A stretch of 64,000 bases of DNA from an uncultured SAR86 cluster bacterium (GTDB lineage Bacteria > Pseudomonadota > Gammaproteobacteria > Magnimaribacterales > D2472). The notes beneath the pieces were generated by a model that had not been told where the DNA came from, ran no database searches, and was given only the letters and a program-made list of their open reading frames with translations. Where the stretch lies: positions 23,652 through 87,651 of the forward strand of contig CABWZP010000002.1 of NCBI GenBank assembly GCA_902509965.1. The letters run 5' to 3'. A program made the translations under genes and the position numbers. This document shows, piece by piece, positions 38,669 to 50,322 of this stretch (positions within the stretch are counted from its first letter, which is position 1; every line of letters begins with the position of its first letter).

Positions 38669-40029
38669 AAAAAATTCTTGCATTCCTCTTTATTGTTAGT
38701 AGCAGCATCCAAGCAGATTTGGCTTTATCTTCTCCTAAGGTAAGTGTTAATGAACAAGGTCAGTTTTTAATTCAATTTACTGTTAATTCAGATTCTAGAA
38801 TTCGAAGTAAAGATTTTGTGATAAATGAATATCAGTCAGACATTCCTTTAGCCGAAGATGTTGTAGCTTTTACCTTATTTGAAGAAGAAGGTGATTTTGA
38901 TAAATTTACTATTGCACTTGGTAATAGCTATCCTGATGATTATTTTAGTTTTCAGTTAGTCATCAAAGATGAGCTTGCGAAGAATGTTTTTATCTTTCTA
39001 CCAAGCCGTTATAAAGCCTTTTCAAGTCAGCCTGAATATATCGCACCTAAAAAACCTATTAATAAAGAAATATCCGCCCTTGAATCAGACTTATTAATTG
39101 AAGAAAGTGTTCAAGATTCCCTTAATCTCATCGAGGATACTGGCACAGAGACTCAAAGTAAAAAAGTAGCTGAAGTTGAAGAGGTTATTGTAGATAGCGC
39201 AGAAATAACAACAATATGGAGTCTTGCATCCTCAATTGCAAAAGAATCAGATGCTGATATTTATCAAATTATGTGGGCAATCTTTTTAGCAAATGAAGCT
39301 GCTTTTATCGATAATAATATTAATCTTGTAAGAGCTGATATTGATTTAGTCATTCCCACTAATGAAGTTTTATCAAATATTTCAAGTGAGTATGCTAAAT
39401 ATAGTATTCAACAAATGAATACTACCACTCAATCTCTTAGTGTAAGTGAGAATATTAAATCTATATTAACTCTCACTGCTCCTAAAGATGATAGAGAGAT
39501 ACTACCAACGTCAGTTGCTGTTAAAGAGGAGATCCTTGCAGAAGAAGTTATGCCATTAATAACCAATCAAAATCAAAGTAATATGAGCCCTGATGATTTA
39601 ATTAAAGCTAATTCAAAAACTATAGAATTAGGTGTTGAAAATGATCCGATCGAAGCACTGCAAGAACAAGCTGATGAAGTTCTAGAATCTGGATCAATAG
39701 GAATCCTTGATCTACTCTTAGTTGGACTTGCAGCCTTGTTAGCTGGATTTGTAATAGCGTTCTTTTACATAAGAAAGAATTCTAAGAAGGTTTCAGACGA
39801 TGATATATATGGTTTTGATAATCCTGCTGATGAAGGCGGAATTGAAGGCTTGCCTAAAGGCTTAAGCGTTAAAAATGATGCTGATACCCAACAACTAGAT
39901 TTAGCTGCAACTTATATCGAGATGGGTAATACAACCGATGCTAAACAAATACTTACAGCCCTAGTCAAATCTACAGATAGTGATTCAGTTAAGGAAGAGG
40001 CAGAAACTTTACTTTTAAAAACTTTATAA
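38665..40029 (+). CDS. fimV: FimV-like protein (signal peptide, LysM-like segment, acidic linker, TM, FimV C-terminal motif)
   Basis: 454 aa. N-terminal signal 'MKKILAFLFIVSSSIQA'. TM 'ILDLLLVGLAALLAGFVIAFFYI'. C-terminal 'LDLAATYIEMGNTTDAKQILTALV' resembles the FimV C-terminal repeat. Position between asd and truA as in Pseudomonas. Confidence 0.6.
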   Translation: MKKILAFLFIVSSSIQADLALSSPKVSVNEQGQFLIQFTVNSDSRIRSKDFVINEYQSDIPLAEDVVAFTLFEEEGDFDKFTIALGNSYPDDYFSFQLVIKDELAKNVFIFLPSRYKAFSSQPEYIAPKKPINKEISALESDLLIEESVQDSLNLIEDTGTETQSKKVAEVEEVIVDSAEITTIWSLASSIAKESDADIYQIMWAIFLANEAAFIDNNINLVRADIDLVIPTNEVLSNISSEYAKYSIQQMNTTTQSLSVSENIKSILTLTAPKDDREILPTSVAVKEEILAEEVMPLITNQNQSNMSPDDLIKANSKTIELGVENDPIEALQEQADEVLESGSIGILDLLLVGLAALLAGFVIAFFYIRKNSKKVSDDDIYGFDNPADEGGIEGLPKGLSVKNDADTQQLDLAATYIEMGNTTDAKQILTALVKSTDSDSVKEEAETLLLKTL

Positions 40030-40031
40030 AA

Positions 40032-40817
40032 GTGAGACTTGCTTGCACGGTTGAATATGAAGGAACTATGTATCATGGTTTTCAAAATCAAACCAATCTT
40101 CCCACTGTGCAAGGCCAGATTGATAAAGCTTTAGAAAACATTTCAGCTGACGCATCATCATTTAATTATTCAGGGCGAACTGATGCAGGCGTTCATGCGC
40201 TAACCCAAGTATTTGATTTTCAAACACAAGTGCAAAGAAGTGACGAAGAGTGGTTGAGGGGTTTAAATTCTAATTTACCTAAAACAATATCTATTAAAAG
40301 CATTAGTGAAGTAGATGATGATTTTCATTCAAGATTTTCAGCTAAGGAAAGATTTTATTCGTATGTTATTTATAACACCCCAAACAAGCCAACTTTTTTT
40401 GACAATTTTGTATATTGGGACAATATGCCCTTGAATATTAAGAAAATGTCGGATTGTGCGCATGATTTATTAGGAAAACATGATTTTTCATCATTTAGAA
40501 GTTCCAGTTGTGGATCAAAAAATCCTATTAAAGAAATTAAGTCTATATCGCTTGAACAAAAAGGATCTTTTATTATTTTGAATATTTCTGCAACAGCTTT
40601 CTTGCACAATATGGTCAGAATAATTGCAGGAACACTGGTAGGTATTTCAAAAGGTGAACTAGATATTTCAATTCACGAACTTCTGGAGGCAAAAGATAGG
40701 ACTTTAGCTGGCAAAACATTAACTGCAAAAGGTTTATTTTTTTTAGGACCACGCTATGATTCTAAAATACCAATTAGTAGTCCTTTTAAAGATATTATCT
40801 CTAGATTTGATATATGA
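40032..40817 (+). CDS. truA: tRNA pseudouridine(38-40) synthase
   Basis: 261 aa, GTG start. 'GFQNQ', catalytic 'GRTDAGVHA'. Confidence 0.94.
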   Translation: MRLACTVEYEGTMYHGFQNQTNLPTVQGQIDKALENISADASSFNYSGRTDAGVHALTQVFDFQTQVQRSDEEWLRGLNSNLPKTISIKSISEVDDDFHSRFSAKERFYSYVIYNTPNKPTFFDNFVYWDNMPLNIKKMSDCAHDLLGKHDFSSFRSSSCGSKNPIKEIKSISLEQKGSFIILNISATAFLHNMVRIIAGTLVGISKGELDISIHELLEAKDRTLAGKTLTAKGLFFLGPRYDSKIPISSPFKDIISRFDI

Positions 40818-41431
40818 ATAGAACAAATATAAAAATTTGTGGAATAGCAGATGCTCAAACGCTTAATGCTATTTGTGAGCATCATATTAATTATGTAGGT
40901 TTTATCTTTTATGATAAAAGCATTCGAAATGTTACTGCGAAGTTTCTCCTTGAGCTTGAAGGGATTGACTTTAAATCTTCGAGACCTGTTTGTGTATTTG
41001 TAAATCCAGATGAGGAAGAGGTTTATAGAGCAATTTCTTTTTTTGATAATCCAATCTTACAATTTCATGGAGACGAATCTTGTGATTTTTGTGAATCTTT
41101 TGGTATGGATTACTGGAAGACAATTCATATGCAATCTGCAGCATCTATAAATGCTATTGAAAATTATTCTTCAGCTGATGCATTTTTGCTTGAGACATAT
41201 AAAAAAGATCTTTATGGGGGCACAGGTGAGAGCTTTAATTGGGATATTGTTAGTGACGAAGTCCTAGCTAATTCAAATATCATACTTTCTGGTGGCATTA
41301 ATCTTGAAAACGTCGATAATGCACTAAGTGTTAAACCTTGGTGTCTTGATATCAATTCAGGTGTAGAGTCAGAGCCTGGTATTAAAGATACCCTTTTAAT
41401 CGATAGAATGATTAACAAAATAAAATCATGA
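40814..41431 (+). CDS. trpF: phosphoribosylanthranilate isomerase
   Basis: 205 aa. 'IKICGI', 'LSGGIN'. Precedes trpBA. Confidence 0.9.
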   Translation: MNRTNIKICGIADAQTLNAICEHHINYVGFIFYDKSIRNVTAKFLLELEGIDFKSSRPVCVFVNPDEEEVYRAISFFDNPILQFHGDESCDFCESFGMDYWKTIHMQSAASINAIENYSSADAFLLETYKKDLYGGTGESFNWDIVSDEVLANSNIILSGGINLENVDNALSVKPWCLDINSGVESEPGIKDTLLIDRMINKIKS

Positions 41432-42630
41432 GCAATAAAGAAAATTTTCCAGATGTTAATGGATTTTTTGGTGAGTATGGCGGGAAGTTTGTACCAGAAA
41501 CACTTATGTGTGCGCTTGATGAGCTTGAAACTACCTACAACAACTTAAAAGATGACCCCACATTTATAAAAGAATTCTATAAAGATTTATCACATTTTGT
41601 TGGAAGACCATCACCTTTATATTTTGCTCAGAGACTCACCGAACATTATGGGGGTGGGAACATTTGGTTGAAAAGAGAAGATCTAAATCATACTGGTGCT
41701 CATAAAATTAACAATACAGTAGGCCAGATTCTACTTGCCAAGCACATGGGCAAAAAAAGAATTATTGCAGAAACTGGAGCAGGTCAGCATGGTGTAGCTA
41801 CCGCAACAGTAGCAGCAAGATTAGGTCTTGAGTGTCACATATATATGGGCGCTGAAGATGTTAGAAGACAATCTTTAAATGTTTATAGAATCAAATTACT
41901 CGGTGCTCATGTCCATCCTGTAGATTCTGGCTCAGCAACGTTAAAAGATGCATTAAACGAAGCTTTAAGAGACTGGGTTACTAATGTTGATGATACTTAT
42001 TACATCATTGGAAGTGTTACCGGGCCTCATCCTTATCCAATGATTGTTAGGGATTTCAATTCTGTAGTAGGTCAAGAACTTATTACCCAATCAAATGAAC
42101 TCTTTAATAAATTACCAGATGCTGTGGTTGCATGTGTTGGCGGTGGTTCAAACGCAATGGGAGCTTTTTATCCTTTCATCAAAGAAGATGATGTTAGGTT
42201 AATTGGTGTTGAGGCTGGTGGAGAAGGTGTTGAAACAGGTGAGCATGCAGCTCCACTTAATGATGGAACTCCTGGGGTCTTGCATGGTGCTAGAAGTTAC
42301 CTTATGCAAGATGAAGCTGGTCAAGTCAAAGATACTAAGTCAGTTTCAGCAGGTTTGGATTATCCTGGTGTAGGCCCAGAACATTCTTGGTTAAAGGACA
42401 TTGGCAGAGCAGAATATGTTGCTGTGAGTGATGATGAGGCGCTAAAAGCTTTTCATGAGGTAACAGAGCTTGAAGGTATCATGCCTGCGCTTGAAACAGC
42501 TCATGCATTTGCTTATCTTCCAATCTTGATGAAAGAACTTGGCCCAGAAGCTAACGTTGTGGTCAATGTGTCAGGAAGAGGTGATAAGGATATTAATACA
42601 GTTGCACAAATAGATGGTATTGAGTTTTGA
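41428..42630 (+). CDS. trpB: tryptophan synthase beta chain
   Basis: 400 aa. '[13 protein letters not shown]', PLP-Lys motif '[11 protein letters not shown]', 'GGGSNAMG'. Confidence 0.97.
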   Translation: MSNKENFPDVNGFFGEYGGKFVPETLMCALDELETTYNNLKDDPTFIKEFYKDLSHFVGRPSPLYFAQRLTEHYGGGNIWLKREDLNHTGAHKINNTVGQILLAKHMGKKRIIAETGAGQHGVATATVAARLGLECHIYMGAEDVRRQSLNVYRIKLLGAHVHPVDSGSATLKDALNEALRDWVTNVDDTYYIIGSVTGPHPYPMIVRDFNSVVGQELITQSNELFNKLPDAVVACVGGGSNAMGAFYPFIKEDDVRLIGVEAGGEGVETGEHAAPLNDGTPGVLHGARSYLMQDEAGQVKDTKSVSAGLDYPGVGPEHSWLKDIGRAEYVAVSDDEALKAFHEVTELEGIMPALETAHAFAYLPILMKELGPEANVVVNVSGRGDKDINTVAQIDGIEF

Positions 42631-43412
42631 ATAAACTTCAAATCAAACTGGAAGATTTAAAAGATAAGAATAAAAAAGCTTTAGTTGCATATCTGGTTGC
42701 TGGCGATCCTGATTTAGATACCACTCTTGAATTGATGCATTTATTTGTTAATTCTGGCGTTGATGTAATAGAAATAGGAGTGCCTTTTACAGATCCTATT
42801 GCAGAAGGACCAATTATTCAAAAAGCCCATGACAGAGCGTTAAAAAAAGATATTTCACTTAAAAATATTGTCGATATGGTAATTAAGTTTCGACAAACCA
42901 ATACCGATACCCCAATTGTTCTTATGGGTTATCTCAATACTTTTATTTCACATTCTGATTTAATTGAAGAGTCTGATAAGTTAGGAATAGATGCTCTTTT
43001 AGTTGTAGATATTCCAGGTGAACTTAAGCTAGATAGTTACGGTATTTCTAATCCAAATATTGATACTATTTCATTAATATCGCCAACAACAGCTGATACT
43101 AGAATCAAACAAATCACCGAAAATAGCTCTGGATTCATTTATTACGTAAATTTAAGAGGAGTAACAGGCTCATCAAACTTAGATATGACTGAGATAGAAC
43201 AAAATATTAGCAAAATTCGTCAATACACCTCAATTCCTACCCTTGCAGGCTTTGGAATTAAGACTCCTAGTGATGCTAAGATTCTTGCAAAGTGTGCTGA
43301 TGGTGTTATCGTTGGTTCATCAATTGTAGAGATGATTGATGCGGTAAAAGAGACAAAAGACTTTAGTAAAATAGAAGAATACTTAAAGGATCTAAATAGG
43401 GCAATTAATTAA
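42627..43412 (+). CDS. trpA: tryptophan synthase alpha chain
   Basis: 261 aa. '[11 protein letters not shown]', '[18 protein letters not shown]', 'GFGI'. Confidence 0.95.
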   Translation: MNKLQIKLEDLKDKNKKALVAYLVAGDPDLDTTLELMHLFVNSGVDVIEIGVPFTDPIAEGPIIQKAHDRALKKDISLKNIVDMVIKFRQTNTDTPIVLMGYLNTFISHSDLIEESDKLGIDALLVVDIPGELKLDSYGISNPNIDTISLISPTTADTRIKQITENSSGFIYYVNLRGVTGSSNLDMTEIEQNISKIRQYTSIPTLAGFGIKTPSDAKILAKCADGVIVGSSIVEMIDAVKETKDFSKIEEYLKDLNRAIN

Positions 43413-44264
43413 ATGAACTGGTTAACAAGACTTATTCCATCTATTGGAATAGACACTTCAACCACTAAGAGCAAAGTTCCAGACGGACTTTGGGTTTCAT
43501 GCCCATCATGTGAATCAACTTTATACAAACCAGAGTTAGAAAAATTACTTCATGTTTGTCCTAAATGTGATCATCATCTAAGAATTGGAGCTAGAACTAG
43601 ATTAGAACAATTTTTAGATAACTCAGTTTTTAAAGAGATAGCTGCTGATATAAAAAGCAAAGACCCTCTTAAATTTAAAGATACTAAATATTATTCAACA
43701 AGAATCAAAGAGGCTATGAAAGCTACTGGTGAAAATGATGCTATTGTTATAGGACAAGGTCATCTTAAAGATATTCCGGTTGTAATTGCTGCTTTTGAAT
43801 TCAGGTTTATGGGTGGATCTATGGGCGGTGTTGTTGGGGAAAAATTTGTAGCAGGTATTAATCAAGCCATAGAGGATGAGATTCCTTTTATATGTTTCTC
43901 AACTAGTGGAGGTGCAAGGATGCAAGAATCAATGATTTCATTAATGCAAATGGCAAAAACCTCAGCAGCTATTCAAAAATTGAAAGCTAAAAAGTTACCC
44001 TATATTTCTATTATGGTAGATCCCATCTTTGGAGGAGTGTCTGCAAGTTTAGCTATGTTGGGAGATATTAATATTGCAGAACCTAAAGCTTTTGTTGGAT
44101 TTGCTGGCAGACGAGTTATTGAAGATACAGTTAGAGTTGAATTACCTGATGACTTCCAAAAAGCAGAATTTTTACTGGATCATGGCGCTATTGATATGAT
44201 AGTGCATAGAAAAGATCTAAGAGATAAAGTGGCTGGATTATTAAATAAAATATACAACAAATAA
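43413..44264 (+). CDS. accD: acetyl-CoA carboxylase carboxyltransferase beta subunit
   Basis: 283 aa. N-terminal zinc ribbon 'CPSCESTLYK...CPKCDHH', 'FRFMGGSMG'. Confidence 0.95.
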   Translation: MNWLTRLIPSIGIDTSTTKSKVPDGLWVSCPSCESTLYKPELEKLLHVCPKCDHHLRIGARTRLEQFLDNSVFKEIAADIKSKDPLKFKDTKYYSTRIKEAMKATGENDAIVIGQGHLKDIPVVIAAFEFRFMGGSMGGVVGEKFVAGINQAIEDEIPFICFSTSGGARMQESMISLMQMAKTSAAIQKLKAKKLPYISIMVDPIFGGVSASLAMLGDINIAEPKAFVGFAGRRVIEDTVRVELPDDFQKAEFLLDHGAIDMIVHRKDLRDKVAGLLNKIYNK

Positions 44265-44746
44265 TGACTTACGAAAGAGTAACAGGTATTTTATTTTCGG
44301 TAGCTTTGCTGCTATTTGTTGTGCTTTATGTATTGTCACCGCAGCCTAAATATAGCAAACCGCTAGTGGTGGAAATTCCTGATATCGAGAAACCTGTTTT
44401 TAATACATCGCTCATATCTGAGCCAGTCAAAGACATAGATTCGAGCTTTGAATCTTTAGAAATGCCAAAAGACATGGGTGAAACCGCAGCCAAGATTAGT
44501 AAAGAAGATTTCAAGATGTATTTATATAGAATTGGTATTTTTTCATCTTTTGACAAAGCTTCTGAATTATTGACCAAAATTAATAATAGTGGCTATATGG
44601 GTGAAGTTAAGTCATTACCTAATGATAAAAACAAACATGCAGTTTATGTTATTTTTTTTACAGAGGAAGAAATTAAAAATAATAAGAGTAAAATTAATAC
44701 AATTGCTGGAATTGAAACAGGGGTTATAACACCGTGGATGCCATAG
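44264..44746 (+). CDS. SPOR domain cell-division protein (DedD-like)
   Basis: 160 aa. N-terminal TM 'ILFSVALLLFVVLYVL'. C-terminal SPOR-like 'YRIGIFSSFDKASELLTKINNSGY...AVYVIFF'. accD/cvpA/purF context. Confidence 0.6.
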   Translation: MTYERVTGILFSVALLLFVVLYVLSPQPKYSKPLVVEIPDIEKPVFNTSLISEPVKDIDSSFESLEMPKDMGETAAKISKEDFKMYLYRIGIFSSFDKASELLTKINNSGYMGEVKSLPNDKNKHAVYVIFFTEEEIKNNKSKINTIAGIETGVITPWMP

Positions 44747-45279
44747 GTTTAAATATTACAGATTGGATCATTTTAGGTGTAGTAATAGCCTCAGGTATTA
44801 TTTCGCTATTCCGAGGGTTTACAAAAGAATTCTTATCACTATTTCTGTGGGTATTTTCATTCATTGCAGCAATCAGCTTAGAGTATTTAGTTTCCCCATT
44901 TATTACCGGCTATATAGGTAACCCTGAAATTTCAAAAATTGGTGCCTACGTTGTAATTTTTGTTGCTTGCATTTTTATTGGCGGCATTGTTATTAATATG
45001 ATTAGCAAGCTCATCAAATGGTCTGGTGTATCTGGCTTTGATAAGTTTCTTGGTGTACTTTTTGGCATGGCGCGGGGCTTAATTGTTATTTTTATTATCT
45101 TCTTGCTCATGCCTGCAGGTTTAAAAAACTCAGAGCTCATGGGCAATTCAAAAATTTCTCCTTTTATTGAACAAATTGCACCTGAAATAGAAGCATATAT
45201 TCGTGACTTGATAGATAATGATGCTTTAATTGAAGCTAAAGAATTAATTCAACCTGACTCTCCTGAAGAGGAAACATAA
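44734..45279 (+). CDS. cvpA: colicin V production membrane protein CvpA
   Basis: 181 aa, GTG start, four TM segments. 'DWIILGVVIASGIISLFRGFTKE' is a typical CvpA N-terminus. Immediately upstream of purF. Confidence 0.88.
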   Translation: MDAIGLNITDWIILGVVIASGIISLFRGFTKEFLSLFLWVFSFIAAISLEYLVSPFITGYIGNPEISKIGAYVVIFVACIFIGGIVINMISKLIKWSGVSGFDKFLGVLFGMARGLIVIFIIFLLMPAGLKNSELMGNSKISPFIEQIAPEIEAYIRDLIDNDALIEAKELIQPDSPEEET

Positions 45280-46760
45280 TGTGTGGAATAGTTGGTATAT
45301 CAGCAGAAAATAATGTCGTAGGAGATCTCTATGACTCTTTATTGATGCTCCAACATCGAGGCCAAGACTCAGCTGGAATGGTTGTCTGTGATTCTGAGGA
45401 CAAATTAAATTCAAGAAAGTCTATGGGTTATGTTCGAGATACTTTTTTACAAAGACATATGGACAAACTTGTTGGAAACTATGGAATTGGCCACGTCAGA
45501 TACCCAACAGCTGGTGGTGATGGTAAAGAGTTTGCTCAACCTATGTATGTAAATTCACCTTATGGCATTAGTCTTGCTCACAATGGCAATCTAACTAATT
45601 CTGAATCACTTGCCAATGAACTATTTCATGCAGAAATGCGTCATCTAAATACAGATTCTGATTCCGAGGTTTTATTAAACATTTTTGCACATGAATTAGG
45701 TAAGCAAAGAGAGATCTATCCTGAGGCAAAACATATCTTTAAAGCAGTCGCAAAAACTCATAGGCGATGTGACGGAGCTTATGCAGTTATAGCTTTAATT
45801 ACTGGATTTGGCTTGTTGGCTTTTAGAGATAACAATGGAATACGTCCATTGGTCATAGGAATAAGAAAGGGTAAGAATAGAGATGAGTATATGATTTCTT
45901 CGGAAAATGCTGCTTTTGCATCACTTGGGTTTGAAACTTTAAGAGATGTAGAGCCAGGTGAGGCGGTATTTATTGACAATAAAGGAACACTCCATACACA
46001 ACAATGTGCAGAAGTTTACCAAGAAAGACCTTGTATTTTTGAGTATGTTTATTTTGCAAGACCAGACTCAACTATTGATCAAATCTCAGTTTATAAATCA
46101 AGAATGCGCATGGGAAAAAGGCTAGCTAATAAAATAACTAGAATAAACCCAGACCATGATATTGATGTAGTTATTCCTATTCCTGATAGTTCTACAACTG
46201 CAGCACTTCAATTGGCTGACGAGCTTAAAATCCCATACAGAGAAGGTTTTGTTAAAAATAGATATATCGGCAGAACCTTTATTATGCCGCATCAAGAAGA
46301 GCGCAAGAAATCTGTTCGAAGAAAGCTAAATATTCTCGATCTAGAGTTTAAAGATAAAAATGTCCTTTTGGTTGATGATTCAATTGTAAGAGGAACAACA
46401 AGTAGAAAAATTATTGAAATGGCAAAAGAAGCGGGTGCTAAAAAAGTCTATTTTGCATCAGCGGCTCCTCCTGTTAAATATCAAAACTTGTATGGAATTG
46501 ATATGCCTGCAACTAAAGAGCTTGTAGCATCCAAAAAAACCGATGAAGAAATTTGCGCTGAGATTGGAGCAGATTGGTTAATCTATCAAGACCTAAATGA
46601 TCTTGTTGCCTCTGTTCAAGAAGGTAATCCTAATATTAAAGAATTTGAGTGTTCAGTTTTCACTGGCCAATACATTACACCTCTCAATGATGGTTATTTA
46701 GAAAATTTAGAGAATACACGAGATAACATCTCAAAAGTTACTCGACTCAAAGCTAATTAA
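45279..46760 (+). CDS. purF: amidophosphoribosyltransferase
   Basis: 493 aa. 'MCGIVGI' Ntn-Cys. PRPP motif 'VLLVDDSIVRGTT'. Confidence 0.97.
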   Translation: MCGIVGISAENNVVGDLYDSLLMLQHRGQDSAGMVVCDSEDKLNSRKSMGYVRDTFLQRHMDKLVGNYGIGHVRYPTAGGDGKEFAQPMYVNSPYGISLAHNGNLTNSESLANELFHAEMRHLNTDSDSEVLLNIFAHELGKQREIYPEAKHIFKAVAKTHRRCDGAYAVIALITGFGLLAFRDNNGIRPLVIGIRKGKNRDEYMISSENAAFASLGFETLRDVEPGEAVFIDNKGTLHTQQCAEVYQERPCIFEYVYFARPDSTIDQISVYKSRMRMGKRLANKITRINPDHDIDVVIPIPDSSTTAALQLADELKIPYREGFVKNRYIGRTFIMPHQEERKKSVRRKLNILDLEFKDKNVLLVDDSIVRGTTSRKIIEMAKEAGAKKVYFASAAPPVKYQNLYGIDMPATKELVASKKTDEEICAEIGADWLIYQDLNDLVASVQEGNPNIKEFECSVFTGQYITPLNDGYLENLENTRDNISKVTRLKAN

Positions 46761-47640
46761 TATATCTTGAAAAAAAGTTCCAAATCTCCGAGCTAGTATC
46801 TAGTTCTTTAAGTGACCAATCATGCTCACCTGTGTGAACATAAAGCCACACTTCTTGATTTGAAGTTGTACTTAAATATCTATCAAAACTCAGTGCTTCA
46901 TTAGAGGCTAGAAATTTGGTTATATTTTCAGAACTTACTTGAGAAATTTCTAGAGCATTTAGATCAACCCAATGCTGAATAACAGCTGGGATGCCAGGAT
47001 AAGGGCCCCATTTATCTCGATTTGCCATATCACCATCAAAATAAGTAACATCATCTGCCTTTCCATGCACAGCAAAAATTGGCATACCTTTTTTAGGCTT
47101 ACAGGTTTCAATAGTTGTTTGCATCATAGTTCCAGCAATAGGGGCGACTGCTTGAAAAATATCAGACGCGTAACAAGCTAGAAAGTAACTGAGATCTCCC
47201 CCATTAGACATGCCTGTAGCAAAAATATGGTTTGGGTTAATTTGGTATTCATCAGCAACCTTTGTTACTAAAGTTTTAATAAAACCTATATCATCTACCT
47301 TTGATGATGCATGAAATTCATACCCAACATTAAAAAAATTATTACCTCTTAAATCTTTTGTACCTTGAGGATAAACAACTAAGAATTTTTCTGCGTCAGC
47401 AACTTTATTCATGCCTGAATAAGCCATCATGGTTTTTGCGCTAGAAGTATAACCATGAGATACAACCACTAATGGAGCATTTGTTGGTAAGTTTTCAGGA
47501 ACATAGAGGATGTAATCTCTTGAAATCCCATTATGAAGAATTGATTGTTTTAAACCTACATCATCATTTGAATTAGAATTTGTGAACCATGCAACTATAA
47601 GAAAAGTTGTTACAAATGCAATAATAAATGCTCGTTTCAT
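46753..47640 (-). CDS. secreted alpha/beta-hydrolase esterase (PHB-depolymerase/LpqC-like family)
   Basis: 295 aa. Signal-anchor 'MKRAFIIAFVTTFLIVAW'. 'LVVVSHGY', nucleophile elbow 'GMSNGG', 'VHGKADD'. Confidence 0.65.
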   Translation of the reverse strand: MKRAFIIAFVTTFLIVAWFTNSNSNDDVGLKQSILHNGISRDYILYVPENLPTNAPLVVVSHGYTSSAKTMMAYSGMNKVADAEKFLVVYPQGTKDLRGNNFFNVGYEFHASSKVDDIGFIKTLVTKVADEYQINPNHIFATGMSNGGDLSYFLACYASDIFQAVAPIAGTMMQTTIETCKPKKGMPIFAVHGKADDVTYFDGDMANRDKWGPYPGIPAVIQHWVDLNALEISQVSSENITKFLASNEALSFDRYLSTTSNQEVWLYVHTGEHDWSLKELDTSSEIWNFFSRYIN

Positions 47641-47644
47641 AGAG

Positions 47645-50227
47645 TTATGATGGATTAACTATGTTAACAGCAGGTATATCTGCTGATTCTGCGCTGGCAA
47701 CATAAGTATCTATTTCATTAAAGTTTAAATACTTATAAAGATCATCAGCAACTGGATTAATTTCTTCCATATACTCCTGATACTCTTGAGGAGTTGGCAA
47801 TCTGCCTATAATAGCTGCGATAGCTGACAGTTCAGCAGATGCTAAGTAAACATTTGCTCCATCACCTAATCGATTTGGAAAGTTTCTGGTCGAAGTTGAA
47901 ACTACAGTTGAATTAGCTAATACTCTTGCTTGGTTACCCATACAGAGTGAACATCCAGGGATTTCAGTTCTAGCACCAGAGGTGCCAAATACATTATAGA
48001 TACCTTCTTCCATTAACTGTTTCTCATCCATCTTGGTAGGAGGGACAACCCAAAGTCTTGCTTTGGTTCCGTTATATTTCTTTAAAAGATGGCCGGCTGC
48101 TCTAAAGTGACCAATATTTGTCATACAAGATCCAATAAAAACTTCTTGAATTTCAGTATTACAAACTTCTGATAAAGGTTTTACATCATCAGGATCATTT
48201 GGGCAGGCGAGTAGGGGTTCTTTAATCTCATTAAGATCAATCTCTATAACTTCTGCATATTCAGCATCAGCGTCAGGCTCTAGTAACTCTGGATTTTCAA
48301 TCCATTCTTCCATAGCTTGAGCTCGCCTCTCTAAAGTTTTTGGATCACCATAACCGCTAGCAATCATCCAACGTAGCATGACTATATTGGATTTTAGATA
48401 TTCAATAATAGGCTCTTTATTAAGTCTTACTGTGCAACCTGATGCTGATCTTTCAGCAGATGCATCTGATAATTCAAAAGCCTGTTCAACTTTCATATCT
48501 GGAAGGCCTTCAATTTCAAGACATTTACCTGAAAATACATTCTTTTTACCTTCTTTAGCAACGGTTAAAGAGCCACTTTGGATAGCAGCATATGGAATAG
48601 CATTTACCAAATCTCTCAAAGTAATTCCTGGTTGCATTTCACCTTTAAATCTAACCAAAACAGATTCAGGCATATCAAGCGGCATAACTCCAAGTGTTGC
48701 TGCAAAAGCAACTAAGCCAGACCCTGCAGGGAAGCTAATACCAAGTGGGAATCTGGTATGACTATCTCCACCTGTTCCAACACCATCTGGTAAGAGCATT
48801 CTATTTAGCCAGGAATGAATAATTCCATCGCCTGGTTTTAAAGATACTCCACCTCTATTCATAATAAAGTCAGGTAAATTATGTTGTGTTTCTATGTCTA
48901 CTGGTTTTGGATAAGCAGCTGTATGACAGAAGGACTGCATAACCAAGTCAGCTGAGAAACCTAAACAAGCCAGCTCTTTAAGTTCATCTCTTGTCATGGG
49001 ACCCGTTGTATCTTGCGATCCAACAGTTGTCATTCTAGGCTCGCAATAAGTACCAGGTCTTACTCCAGCAACTCCACAAGCTTTGCCAACCATTTTTTGA
49101 GCTAAGGTGTAACCTTTATTAGAATCATCTGTATCATCAGGTCTTTTAAAAACTTTAGTAGGCTCTAAATCTAAAGCTTCCCTTGTTTTATCTGTTAACT
49201 GCCTGCCTATGATTAATGGAATTCGACCATTTGCTCGAACTTCATCAAGTAAAACATCAGTTTTTAATTCAAAAGTAGTTACAACTTCACCAGTATTAGC
49301 ATCGGTAATTTTTCCAGCAAAGGGCTCTAAAATAATTTCTTGACCCATTGAAAGTTTTGAGACATCACACTCAACTGGAAAGGCACCTGAATCCTCTAGT
49401 GTGTTAAAGAAAATAGGCGCTATTTTGCCACCAAAGCAAAATCCACCTTCTTTTTTATTAGGTATTGCAGGAATATCATCACCCATATGCCATAAAACTG
49501 AATTTGTAGCTGACTTTCTAGAAGAACCCGTTCCAACAACATCACCAACAAAAGCTAAAGGGTTACCTTTTGCTTTGAGCTCATCAATAGTTTCAAGAGG
49601 CTTATCCAAACCTTCTCGTGGCATTTTAAACATAGCTAAAGCATGTAACGGTATGTCCGGCCTTGACCAAGCGTCAGTAGCAGGAGAGAGGTCATCTGTA
49701 TTAATTTCACCAGTAACTTTATAGACTGTTAATTTTATCTGTTCTGGAATTTGAGGCTTATTAGTAAACCATTCCCCTTCAGCCCAAGAATCTATAACTT
49801 TTTTAGCATGAGGATTAGTTTTTGATAATTCAAAAATTTCATTAAAAGCATCAAAGATTAATAATGTTTTACTTAATGCTATTGCAGCCTCATCACCAAG
49901 ACCATCTATAGACAAGCAAGCTATGAGAGGTTGAATATTATATCCACCAAGCATAGTGCCTAATATTTTTACCGCAGCAACTTTATCGATATAAGGACTT
50001 TGCGCTTTATCAGTTGTTATATCTGCTAAAAAACCAGCTTTCACGTAAGCCGACTGATCAACTCCTGCTGGAACTCTTTCTTTTAAAAGGTCTAATAAAA
50101 ACTCTGATTCTTCATTATCTTGCTTTAAAAGATCAACTAAAGCAGCAGTTTGTTCTGCATCTAAGGGCAGTGGAGGTATGTTTTGTTCTGCGCGCTCTTG
50201 TGCATGCAGTCTATATTCATTAATCAT
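47645..50227 (-). CDS. acnB: aconitate hydratase B / 2-methylisocitrate dehydratase
   Basis: 860 aa, collinear with E. coli AcnB from 'EYR.H..ERA' through '[14 protein letters not shown]' and '[13 protein letters not shown]'. Confidence 0.97.
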   Translation of the reverse strand: MINEYRLHAQERAEQNIPPLPLDAEQTAALVDLLKQDNEESEFLLDLLKERVPAGVDQSAYVKAGFLADITTDKAQSPYIDKVAAVKILGTMLGGYNIQPLIACLSIDGLGDEAAIALSKTLLIFDAFNEIFELSKTNPHAKKVIDSWAEGEWFTNKPQIPEQIKLTVYKVTGEINTDDLSPATDAWSRPDIPLHALAMFKMPREGLDKPLETIDELKAKGNPLAFVGDVVGTGSSRKSATNSVLWHMGDDIPAIPNKKEGGFCFGGKIAPIFFNTLEDSGAFPVECDVSKLSMGQEIILEPFAGKITDANTGEVVTTFELKTDVLLDEVRANGRIPLIIGRQLTDKTREALDLEPTKVFKRPDDTDDSNKGYTLAQKMVGKACGVAGVRPGTYCEPRMTTVGSQDTTGPMTRDELKELACLGFSADLVMQSFCHTAAYPKPVDIETQHNLPDFIMNRGGVSLKPGDGIIHSWLNRMLLPDGVGTGGDSHTRFPLGISFPAGSGLVAFAATLGVMPLDMPESVLVRFKGEMQPGITLRDLVNAIPYAAIQSGSLTVAKEGKKNVFSGKCLEIEGLPDMKVEQAFELSDASAERSASGCTVRLNKEPIIEYLKSNIVMLRWMIASGYGDPKTLERRAQAMEEWIENPELLEPDADAEYAEVIEIDLNEIKEPLLACPNDPDDVKPLSEVCNTEIQEVFIGSCMTNIGHFRAAGHLLKKYNGTKARLWVVPPTKMDEKQLMEEGIYNVFGTSGARTEIPGCSLCMGNQARVLANSTVVSTSTRNFPNRLGDGANVYLASAELSAIAAIIGRLPTPQEYQEYMEEINPVADDLYKYLNFNEIDTYVASAESADIPAVNIVNPS

Positions 50228-50322
50228 AATTGTTTCCCACGCTATTTTACTTCTCTTACGTCTCAGTAGCCACTAAATCACTGATAATATTTTTAAAAAT
50301 AAGGTATTATTTTACAAATACT

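Noticed and set aside
43413-44746. The absence of folC between accD and the DedD-like SPOR gene. The E. coli order is accD-folC-dedD-cvpA-purF.
   Set aside because: accD and the SPOR gene overlap by 1 nt with no remnant sequence, so this is simply a different gene order, with folC presumably elsewhere. It does not indicate decay or novelty.
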